A stretch of 32,000 nt of DNA, from positions 30,001 to 62,000 of the forward strand of contig NZ_JAQFIQ010000007.1 in assembly GCF_029504745.1 (NCBI RefSeq). Direction: 5' to 3'. Positions 18,601-25,598 of the stretch are shown here, piece by piece. The position numbers were made by a program, and so were the translations under genes. The notes beneath the pieces are model-generated. The model saw nothing but the letters and a program-made list of their open reading frames with translations, was not told the origin of the DNA and did not search any database. The stretch comes from Breznakia sp. PF5-3. GTDB lineage: Bacteria > Bacillota_I > Bacilli_A > Erysipelotrichales > Erysipelotrichaceae. The stretch's first letter is position 1. Each line of letters opens with the position of its first letter.

Positions 18601-20691
18601 CAAAAAGATCTTATTCCATATAACTCAGCATATGTAATGTTGAAAAATGGAACGATTGTAGATCCAGATGTATCTACTTGGGATTGGGTAAAAATCTCAG
18701 CTGGAATTGAAGGAACATATGATGTTAACTATGGTTATACAATTATGCCGAATACGGTTCAAAAAGGTGTAAAACTTACTGTAACAAAAGGTACAACACC
18801 ACCAAGTAATTCATTCTCATTATATGCTAGAGATGGATTTGTATATGAAGATCAAGCAAAAGCATTTACTGCCCAAAAAGATATGATTCCATTCAATGAT
18901 GCTTTTGTAACATTGAAGGATGGATCAAGTGTAGATCCACAAGTTGCAACACCTCATTGGTCAGCAATTAAGGATGGAACAATTGGTTCATATCCAGTAA
19001 CATATGGTTATACAAAGGGTAGTGAATCATTATCAAGTGTTGTGAAATTGAATGTTGTAGAAAATGGTTCTACCATTTCACCAGGACAAGATTTTGCAAT
19101 TTATGCTAAGAATGGAATTATTCAACAATCATCTGCACAAGCATTGATTAGCTTGAATGATTTAATTCCTTACAATGGTGCAAAAGTTACCCTTAAAGAT
19201 GGTAGTGAAGCTACGCCAACGGTAACAACAGCAGATTGGACAGCAATTCGTGCAGGAGTATTGGGTACATATTCAATTACCTATAGTTATGGTAGTGGTA
19301 CGAATACAGCATCTAAAGTGGTAACACTAAGAGTAGTACCAGATGGAAATCCTTCACCAGAAGGAGACTTCATCTTATATGCTTCAAATGGATTCATTTC
19401 AAAAGAGCAGGCGATGGCTATTACAAGTCAAAAAGATTTGATTCCATATAACAAAGCATCCGTTATCAAGGACGATGGTAGCGATGCAGAACCATCTGTA
19501 TCAACAACTAGTTATGCAGATATTAAAGCTGGTAAATTAGGTGTTTACAATGTAACATATCGTTATGGATTTGGTACAAACTTAGTTTCAAAAACAGTGA
19601 AACTTACAGTTCATGATGGTACTCCTTCACCAGGAGGAAATTATGTATTAAATGCTAAAGATGGTTTAATTTCTAAAAGCGAAGCAAAAGCATTAAGTTC
19701 AACAGCAGACTTAATTGCAATTAACGACGCATCTGTTTGGATGAATGATGGATCAACTGATGTTCCAGTGGTTACAATGCTACCACTTAATTGGTTATCT
19801 TTAAATGAAGGTATTATCAATAGCTATCCAGTTCTTTATAGTTATGGAAGTGGTAGTGATTATACACAAAAAACAGTTCGTGTAACAGTGTATGATGATG
19901 GTGGTATCATATCTCCAAATAAAGACTTTGTATTAAATGCTAAGAATGCAGTATTAACACAAAGTGAAGCAAAAACTTTAACAAGTGCAAGTGACTTAAC
20001 CGTTTATAATGATGCTCTTGTTAGTTATGCAAATGGTAACAAAGCAATTCCAAATACAACAGCTACAGAATTTGCTTCTATTAAAAGTGGTGTAGTAGGA
20101 ACTTACAATGTAACATATGATTATGGTACAGGATCTAATTACACAGAAAAAGCAGTGAAATTAGTAGTTGTAAAGGATGGCGCATTGATTGCACCAGATC
20201 GTAGTTTTGCGATTTATGCAGAAGATGTAACATTGAATCAAGATGAGGCACGCGCATTGACAAACAAAAATCAAATTACAAGTTTGGCACACGCGATGGT
20301 CTATATTGCAGATGGAACAACAGCAACACCTACGTTGTCACTTCCAGATTGGGATGATATCAAAGCAGGTATTTCAAATGATTATGCTGCTGATTTCACA
20401 TATCAAGATGTAACAGGTAGTATTAATATAAAAGTTACGCAAGAATATGTAACAAGATATCTATTTGACTATGATAATAACAAACGTATTGATGTTATTG
20501 ATTATGCTTATTTTGCAAGTTACTATAGTGGTGCAACACCAATGTCTCCATTGGCTTGGGCATTAACAGATTACCCACCAGGAGATGGACGTATCGATGT
20601 TATCGATTTAGCACACTTTAAACGTCATTACAGCGATTCGACACTTCCATTGGTTGAAGTAGAAGTACCAGCAGATTGGCGCTTAGAATAA
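15694..20691 (+). CDS. Giant secreted adhesin-like protein: signal peptide, N-terminal beta module, L-type lectin-like domain, 13 Ig-like (Big_3/DUF5011-like) repeats and a C-terminal dockerin-like module
   Basis: The likely start is TTG 15694, 11 nt after GGAGG (15678-15682); the listed GTG 15655 has no SD. Signal peptide RRKYVKTLKMFKRCFLTALALGITLTAINL..IHA/QT. Lectin-like blocks DGFTLGFQ, GGSIGVY, NGVVFEVDYHDN, NHLAIHT. Repeat signature DGFIxQxQAKALT..LIPYN.A.V...G....P.V....W..I..G..G(S/T)Y.VTY.YG.G....K.V.L.V. The C-terminus has two Ca-loop-like segments, DYDNNKRIDVID and PGDGRIDVID. Confidence 0.85.
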   Translation: MRRKYVKTLKMFKRCFLTALALGITLTAINLPKMDIHAQTEDVRYDLQTELSEDKKELRIDLLAYANRNDVEITAIGNPDGTITDGAKTSYVSVTNETLTFVVNYKILEEKDGKIKEISKTKEVEYEVDQFGKEEEAQPQALSDPLAPFSSLKANMSFRNAFNVSHTKDGLYYLSDNSMELGYHYNEYVKFLLSKARCTTSKYWEGWYAKFAAVSKYKVDFSKDFKVTNVISSNPTLYGDGFTLGFQTDPNFTYTTGKGGSIGVYRNGSDYGARNGVVFEVDYHDNSPDGMWHDIGLGGNHLAIHTTDAYGNESTPVASWFGVKHTGSLTAFNVTWTITDKATNTGTLTFTYGTYNLKYTNFRPHEVFGGSVNNPTAAYLTYTGVILKDYGSNNKPFQITMTDYSYLEDEVTASDGFITQTQAKALANQNGLILYNNASAVSTAGDSVTPTVSTPAWSNIKSGLVGTYDVTYAYGTASKTVKLSVIKDGSIISPNKDFSLYAENASLLQSEAIALSSMNDLVSVHDASVTMANGTLLAPNATTSAWSSIKAGVVGNYVITFYYGTGSNYTAKNVTLSVVADKKHEIYASDGFITQSQAKALTSMQGFIPYNQAKVITNEGVTTVPSTVATNYWNEINTGTIGSYNVTYSYGSGTARVSKTVKLNVVKDGTVFPPDNSFALYAEDGFIKQSQAKALTSTSQLIPYNNASVTLADGSSDVPFVSLNTWSNIVSGTIGSYDIVYMYGAGANLKYKVVKLNVIEDGGIIAPDKSFALYADNGTISQTQASALTGTSQLIPYNNAKVILANGTRAEPNVSAPTYSEIVSGVVKTHKVTYSYGVLTNKVSKEVDLQLIADKRHEVRAEDGFIYATQAKALTNQSELIPFNSASVITNTGQSAQPVVTTGSWANIVAGVTGSYDITYSYGSGTTQGSKTVVLNVVPDGTIFPPDKAFAVYAEDGLINVEQAKKLTAQKDLIPYNSAYVMLKNGTIVDPDVSTWDWVKISAGIEGTYDVNYGYTIMPNTVQKGVKLTVTKGTTPPSNSFSLYARDGFVYEDQAKAFTAQKDMIPFNDAFVTLKDGSSVDPQVATPHWSAIKDGTIGSYPVTYGYTKGSESLSSVVKLNVVENGSTISPGQDFAIYAKNGIIQQSSAQALISLNDLIPYNGAKVTLKDGSEATPTVTTADWTAIRAGVLGTYSITYSYGSGTNTASKVVTLRVVPDGNPSPEGDFILYASNGFISKEQAMAITSQKDLIPYNKASVIKDDGSDAEPSVSTTSYADIKAGKLGVYNVTYRYGFGTNLVSKTVKLTVHDGTPSPGGNYVLNAKDGLISKSEAKALSSTADLIAINDASVWMNDGSTDVPVVTMLPLNWLSLNEGIINSYPVLYSYGSGSDYTQKTVRVTVYDDGGIISPNKDFVLNAKNAVLTQSEAKTLTSASDLTVYNDALVSYANGNKAIPNTTATEFASIKSGVVGTYNVTYDYGTGSNYTEKAVKLVVVKDGALIAPDRSFAIYAEDVTLNQDEARALTNKNQITSLAHAMVYIADGTTATPTLSLPDWDDIKAGISNDYAADFTYQDVTGSINIKVTQEYVTRYLFDYDNNKRIDVIDYAYFASYYSGATPMSPLAWALTDYPPGDGRIDVIDLAHFKRHYSDSTLPLVEVEVPADWRLE
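16921..20445 (+). repeat. 13 tandem, diverged ~255-285 nt (~88-90 aa) coding repeats (Ig-like modules)
   Basis: I counted 13 units from the recurring (L/I/V)YA(E/D/K/S)(D/N)GF..(Q/E)AKAL .. G(S/T)Y(D/N)VTY.YG motifs. Short identical DNA strings recur, e.g. aaaacagtaaaattaa at ~17131 and ~17671. Confidence 0.85.
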
Positions 20692-20744
20692 GCGAATATC
20701 GTAAATTTACATCATCAATTGATGTAGAAAGTATAGCTTTAGGT

Positions 20745-20775
20745 AAAGAGGATGCTAACGCATTCTCTTTTTTTA
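20745..20775 (+). terminator. Strong rho-independent terminator after the giant adhesin gene
   Basis: aaagaggatgc (20745-20755) / gcattctcttt (20760-20770), 11 bp with one G-U. The loop is taac and the stem runs into ttttttt. Confidence 0.8.
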
Positions 20776-20794
20776 CATTTTTTTATGAATTTAT

Positions 20795-20819
20795 GGAACC
20801 TTTTGCGCTGGATTCCGTC
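20795..20819 (+). promoter_or_regulatory. ECF-type promoter P3 (GGAACC-N15-CGTC) upstream of the cohesin-like gene operon
   Basis: GGAACC 20795-20800, CGTC 20816-20819. The flank TTCCGTCGATAT compares with P1 TTCCGTCAATAT. It lies ~60 nt upstream of ATG 20881 and just downstream of terminator 20745-20775. Confidence 0.6.
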
Positions 20820-20880
20820 GATATTACAGAAAGGAGCATTTTACATTGTAATTTTTATTTTATGTAAAGAGGAGGACGAA

Positions 20881-22413
20881 ATGAAATTGAAAATAAAGAG
20901 TAATAAATTCAAGATCCTGGCAGTTGTAGTTTTGGCTGCTATTGTGGCAATCCCAAGTATGTTGGCAGCAAAGCCTATGGATACGAAAGCGGATGAAGTA
21001 GATGGCGAACCTACTTTTGATATTGCACCAATACATCAGGTAACTAGAAATGATGGAGGAGGAGCATATGGAACACATGCTCAACAAAGCTATGTAGAAG
21101 ATGGTGTTCAATATTATCGTAATGGCGATATTATTGAAGTAAGCATCATGCTTCCTAAAGGACACGGTGCGACCGTATTCCAAGATGTTGTAAAATATGA
21201 CGAAGAGAAATTAACATTAATTTCACCTTTCACAGATATTAAAGCAACATTATCTAAAAACTATTTAGATAAAAGATGGTCAACAGAAGTGTCAAACCCA
21301 AATGCAGATACTTCACGTATTTTAGTATTTGGATCAGCAGCAGATTTTACAACTGGTGCTGAATACCAAGGTGGTAGTGTTGCTAGAATGTATTTCCGCG
21401 TTAATAATAATGTGGAATCTGATGCAGGTACAGCAATTACATTTGAATTCCCAGAATTCCAAACCGCTGGATATTCAAATGGAAAAGTTGTATATACACA
21501 CAGAGGATATGATGCAAATAACGATGCAGCTACTGCATTCTATCAAGCAGAACCAGTTACAATATATGCAAAAACACCTTCAAAAACAGTAAATGCACCA
21601 ACCCTTAACTTGAAGAATAGTTCAGCAACTATTTATGAAGGAGATTTATTTGATCCAGCTTCATACATAAGCAATGCTTCTTGTGAGGTTGATAAATCAG
21701 TAAGCAAAGACACTGTTGATATTAGTGAAGGAACTGGAGTTTATACAAAACATCAACCAGCAGCTGGAACTTATGTTTATAAATACAGCGTAACAAGTAG
21801 TACAGGAAAATCAACAGAGAAACAATTGTCTTTAAAAGTAACAGCAAGAACATATACAGTTGCTTCTATCGATGTAGATTCTAAAAAAATATCATTGCCT
21901 GTTGGAACAGCAAGTTCTGATTTAGAAGCAATGATTAATGAGATGAAAAAAGAAGACTTTAATGTAACTATTACTTGTAATGATGGTTCTAAATTTGTTG
22001 TTCCAGGAAAAGTATTGAATGGAAAAACAGATACTTACCGTATTGATGAAAACGATAAGTTATTAGCACAAACATTTAATGTTAACTTTACATTAGCATT
22101 GCCACTTGTTTCTTATGGAACAGATGGATCAAGAATTGTAACGCCATACAATGGAAGTTCAAGTTTTGTAAGTAATGTTGGAAATGGAAGAGCGGATGCA
22201 AAAGTTCCTGTTATTATCGGTACAGGTAATTCAGGAGGAAACAATACTGGAGGAAATTCTTCAGGAAAACCATCTACTGCACCTACAGCAGGAAGTAGTA
22301 ATGGTAGTGGTTCTGCAGCTTCAACAGGGGATACAACAAATGTAACATTCCTTGCAGTATTAGCTATTTTATCAGCAGGATTTATCGTACGTTCAAAATT
22401 TAAAAAACAATAA
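20881..22413 (+). CDS. Cell-surface anchoring protein: signal peptide, cohesin-like module, Ig-like domains, G/S/N/T linker and a cell-wall-sorting-like C-terminus
   Basis: Start ATG 20881 after agaggagg; the listed 20752 extension crosses a terminator and a promoter. Signal peptide KFKILAVVVLAAIVAIPSMLAAKP. Cohesin-like region ~21004-21575 (GDIIEVSIMLP..VFQDVVKYDEEKLTLIS..RILVFG..GGSVARMYFRVNN..GTAITFEF). Big_3-like SSATIYEGDLFDP..GTYVYKYSV. Tail GSGSAASTGDTTNVTFLAVLAILSAGFIVRSKFKKQ. Confidence 0.8.
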   Translation: MKLKIKSNKFKILAVVVLAAIVAIPSMLAAKPMDTKADEVDGEPTFDIAPIHQVTRNDGGGAYGTHAQQSYVEDGVQYYRNGDIIEVSIMLPKGHGATVFQDVVKYDEEKLTLISPFTDIKATLSKNYLDKRWSTEVSNPNADTSRILVFGSAADFTTGAEYQGGSVARMYFRVNNNVESDAGTAITFEFPEFQTAGYSNGKVVYTHRGYDANNDAATAFYQAEPVTIYAKTPSKTVNAPTLNLKNSSATIYEGDLFDPASYISNASCEVDKSVSKDTVDISEGTGVYTKHQPAAGTYVYKYSVTSSTGKSTEKQLSLKVTARTYTVASIDVDSKKISLPVGTASSDLEAMINEMKKEDFNVTITCNDGSKFVVPGKVLNGKTDTYRIDENDKLLAQTFNVNFTLALPLVSYGTDGSRIVTPYNGSSSFVSNVGNGRADAKVPVIIGTGNSGGNNTGGNSSGKPSTAPTAGSSNGSGSAASTGDTTNVTFLAVLAILSAGFIVRSKFKKQ

Positions 22414-22473
22414 AAGAAAAGACAGATGTAGAAAAGGTGTTTTATACATCTTTTCTACCATGTAGGAGGGAAA

Positions 22474-25400
22474 ATGAAAAAATTCTTTAAATTATTTATC
22501 GCTGCATTTATAGCAGTAACATGTATTGTTCCTTTACAAAGTATTTCAGCGGCTTATGGAGATCCAGTAGAGCCAATTTACCAAATTTCACGTAATGATG
22601 GTGGAGGGAAATATGGAACACATAAGAACCCTGATTATAAAGAGGGAACTACACAATATTACCGTGATGGAGATATTATCGAGGTAGATTTCAGATTACC
22701 AGCTGATTCAGGAGTTCAAATTTATAACCAAGTTATTAAATATGACTCAGATCAGTTAGATTTATTATCATCAGATACAGATATTACAGGTACTTTATCA
22801 TCTACTTTCACAAGTAAGAATTGGTCAAGTACAACAGCAAGAGACAATAATGACAATGAAAAAATCTTAGTTTATGGGGGAAGTAATAACTTTGGAAACC
22901 CTGATACAAAAGATTATACAGGTGGAACGATTGCTAAGGTTTACTTCAAAGTAAAAAATGGAGTTGAATCAACAGCAGGAACACCAATTACATTTGAATT
23001 TATGAATTTTCAAACAGCAGAGTTTAAAAATAACAAAGTTTCTTATACACATATAGGATATGATCCTAACAACGATGCAGGAACGGTATACTATACAGCT
23101 CCTTCACAAACCATTCAAGTAAAGAAACCAAGTGTAACATTTAGTGCTAATGATGGATTTATTACACAAAGCCAAGCAAAAGCATTAAATACAAAGAATG
23201 ATTTAAAAGCTTATAATGATGTAAGTGCAAAATTAACTGATGGCACTAATATTGATGTGACAACAGATGCACAAAACTTCAATGATATTAAAGCTGGAAA
23301 AATTGGTTCTTATGATGTGACATATGGATATACACATGATGGAAATTCAGATAGTAAAAAAGTAAAATTAAATGTAGTATCTGATGATGCAGTTATCTCA
23401 CCAGAGAAAAATTTTGCTTTATCAGCAGAACATGCATTTATTACTGCATCGGATGCGAAAAAGTTAACGAATAAAACACAATTGATTTCACTTAACAATG
23501 CAAAAGTAACATTGAAAAATGGTACTAACGCTACACCTAATGTAGATGCACCTGCATTTGCTTCTATTCAAGCAGGAAGTGTTGGAACTTACGAAGTTAC
23601 TTATAGTTATGGAAGTGGGTCTGATACAGCAAGTAAAAAAGTGTTTGTAACGGTTGTGAAAGATGGTTCGGTGATTTCACCTAACAAAGATTTCTCACTT
23701 TATGCAAAACATGGATTTATTAAGAATACAGAAGCTAAAAATTTAACAAGTAGAACTCAATTGATTCCATATAACAATGCAGAAGTTACACTTGTAAATG
23801 GAGATAAAAGAGATCCTAGACCAACAGTAACAGCTGCTGAATGGTTATCAATTACTTCTGGTATTAAAGGAAGTTACAATGTTCTTTATGAATATGGTGA
23901 TGGAGCAAATGAAACAAGCTTGGTTGTTAAAATAACAGTCATTGATGAAAACGATCCAATCTCACCAAACAAAGAAGCAAGTCTATCTGCACAAGATGTT
24001 GAGCTTAGTGAAACAGAAGCAAAAGCGCTTACATCAAAGAATGATTTGATTGCTTTAAATAAAGCGTCTGTTACATTATCTGACGGTTCTGTGGCAACAC
24101 CAACGATAGCAAGTGTTGATTATGCTAGTATAGTATCGGGTAAAATTGGAATTTATCCAATTACATATACATATGGTAGTGGTCAAGGAAAAGTTGATAA
24201 GACAGTAAATGTAATCGTTAAAGAAGATAAAAAACATGTAATTACATATGAAGATAAGATTATTACTGTTGATCAAGCAAAAGCATTATCTAGTAAAGAT
24301 GATCTTAGAGTGGTAAACAATGTTCAAGTAACAGCAATTGATGGATCACATCCAAATGCAGTTGTTGATGCACCAACATGGAGTTCTATTAAAGATGGTA
24401 AATTAGGAACATACACAGTTACTTATAGTTATGGATACGGAGATAAATTAGTATCTGTAAATGCAAAAGTTACAATCGTTCCAAATGGTTCAGAAATTGA
24501 TGATAACGCAAGTTTATATGCGCAAAATGGATTCCTTGAACAATCATCTGCAAAAGCACTAGTAACTAGAAATGATTTAATTCCTTATAATGCAGCGTCA
24601 GTTACATTATTAAGTGGTGGAACAGCAACGCCAACGGTTGGAATGAGCGCAGGAGATTGGTACTTATTGTCGGCAGGAGAATTAGGTTCATATGATGTTG
24701 TTTATTCATATGCAAGTTTAAGCAAACGTGTTCTTGCAACAGTAATTAAAGATGGATCTATCGTTTCTGAAGATAAGACAGCAAGTTTATATGCAGAAAA
24801 TGCATTTATTGAATCAAGCAATGCTAAGAAATTAGCAAATAAAGAAGCACTTAGAGCATATAACAAAGCGTCTGTAACATTAATTGATGGTAGAACAGCG
24901 AACGCAACAGTAGATGTTGCAGCTGCTGATTGGTTAGCAATCCAACAAGGAACAGTTGGAGCATATGACATACTATATACATATGGAAGTGGAGATGGAC
25001 AAGTTAGCAAGCGTGTAAAAATTGTTGTTATCGATGATGATCCAATCATTTCTCAAGATGGGAAAGTTGCATTGAATGCAGTTGATGGTGAAATTGCGGA
25101 TACGGATGCAAAGAAAGTTACAAGCAAAGAAGACTTGATTCCATATAACAGTGCAAAAGTTACATTGGAAGATGGAACTATCGCTAAATTGGATGTAACA
25201 ATATCTACAAGTAGCTTAAATGCTATTAAAGCAGGTACGTTAGGTACTTATACTGTTACATACTCTTATGGAAGTGTTGGAAGCCCAAGTTATGTAAGTA
25301 AAACAGTAAAATTAGAAGTTGTAATTAAAACAAGAGCAATTCATATGTTTGACTATGATGATAACAAACGTATTGATGTTATTGACTTAGCACATTTCAA

Positions 25401-25569
25401 TAGAATTTATTCTAATTCTATGAATGTTTCTGCATATGATTTAATGTTAACTGACTTCAACAAAGATAAACGTGTTGATGTTATTGATTTAACACAGTTT
25501 AAATATTACTATTCTAATTCATTGATTCTTCCACCAACAGTGGATGTACCAGTTGAAATAATTCCATAA
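22474..25569 (+). CDS. Secreted adaptor-like protein: signal peptide, cohesin-like module, 8 Ig-like repeats and a C-terminal dockerin-like module
   Basis: Signal peptide MKKFFKLFIAAFIAVTCIVPLQSISA/AYG. Cohesin-like region ~22555-23133 (GDIIEVDFRLPADSGVQIYNQVIKYDSDQLDLLS..KILVYGG..GGTIAKVYFKVKNG..GTPITFEF). Eight repeats of the same family as in 15694-20691. Dockerin-like DYDDNKRIDVIDLAHFNRIY ... DFNKDKRVDVIDLTQFKYYY. Confidence 0.85.
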   Translation: MKKFFKLFIAAFIAVTCIVPLQSISAAYGDPVEPIYQISRNDGGGKYGTHKNPDYKEGTTQYYRDGDIIEVDFRLPADSGVQIYNQVIKYDSDQLDLLSSDTDITGTLSSTFTSKNWSSTTARDNNDNEKILVYGGSNNFGNPDTKDYTGGTIAKVYFKVKNGVESTAGTPITFEFMNFQTAEFKNNKVSYTHIGYDPNNDAGTVYYTAPSQTIQVKKPSVTFSANDGFITQSQAKALNTKNDLKAYNDVSAKLTDGTNIDVTTDAQNFNDIKAGKIGSYDVTYGYTHDGNSDSKKVKLNVVSDDAVISPEKNFALSAEHAFITASDAKKLTNKTQLISLNNAKVTLKNGTNATPNVDAPAFASIQAGSVGTYEVTYSYGSGSDTASKKVFVTVVKDGSVISPNKDFSLYAKHGFIKNTEAKNLTSRTQLIPYNNAEVTLVNGDKRDPRPTVTAAEWLSITSGIKGSYNVLYEYGDGANETSLVVKITVIDENDPISPNKEASLSAQDVELSETEAKALTSKNDLIALNKASVTLSDGSVATPTIASVDYASIVSGKIGIYPITYTYGSGQGKVDKTVNVIVKEDKKHVITYEDKIITVDQAKALSSKDDLRVVNNVQVTAIDGSHPNAVVDAPTWSSIKDGKLGTYTVTYSYGYGDKLVSVNAKVTIVPNGSEIDDNASLYAQNGFLEQSSAKALVTRNDLIPYNAASVTLLSGGTATPTVGMSAGDWYLLSAGELGSYDVVYSYASLSKRVLATVIKDGSIVSEDKTASLYAENAFIESSNAKKLANKEALRAYNKASVTLIDGRTANATVDVAAADWLAIQQGTVGAYDILYTYGSGDGQVSKRVKIVVIDDDPIISQDGKVALNAVDGEIADTDAKKVTSKEDLIPYNSAKVTLEDGTIAKLDVTISTSSLNAIKAGTLGTYTVTYSYGSVGSPSYVSKTVKLEVVIKTRAIHMFDYDDNKRIDVIDLAHFNRIYSNSMNVSAYDLMLTDFNKDKRVDVIDLTQFKYYYSNSLILPPTVDVPVEIIP
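23140..25325 (+). repeat. 8 tandem diverged ~270 nt coding repeats (Ig-like modules), same family as 16921-20445
   Basis: Units start at FSANDGFITQSQAKAL, LSAEHAFITASDAKKL, LYAKHGFIKNTEAKNL, LSAQDVELSETEAKAL, ITYEDKIITVDQAKAL, LYAQNGFLEQSSAKAL, LYAENAFIESSNAKKL and LNAVDGEIADTDAKKV. Confidence 0.85.
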
Positions 25570-25598
25570 ACCTTATGATAATGAAGGGAAGGTTATTT

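Noticed and set aside
309-20000. Numerous 60-150-aa minus-strand ORFs in the track, for example 309-515, 1199-1429, 3744-4052, 6153-6452, 10689-11135, 15033-15332 and 16475-16687.
   Set aside because: All lie antisense inside long, well-supported + strand genes. They have no SD or start context, and they show low-complexity or odd composition typical of the shadow frames of AT-rich coding DNA.
20676-20880. ORF 20676-20867 and the 5' extension (20752-20880) of the first cohesin-like gene.
   Set aside because: The region contains the terminator at 20745-20775 and the P3 promoter motif. A strong SD (agaggagg) precedes ATG 20881, which starts a proper signal peptide.
21329-21592. Alternative-frame + strand ORFs inside cohesin-like genes (21329-21592 and 26095-26331).
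   Set aside because: They are out of frame with strongly supported genes, Q/H/L-rich with low complexity, and lack any SD.
16921-25325. Whether the regular ~270-nt repeats are a CRISPR array or a satellite.
   Set aside because: The repeats are in frame, protein-coding and diverged at the DNA level. They have no short identical direct repeats separated by unique spacers, and no cas genes are present.
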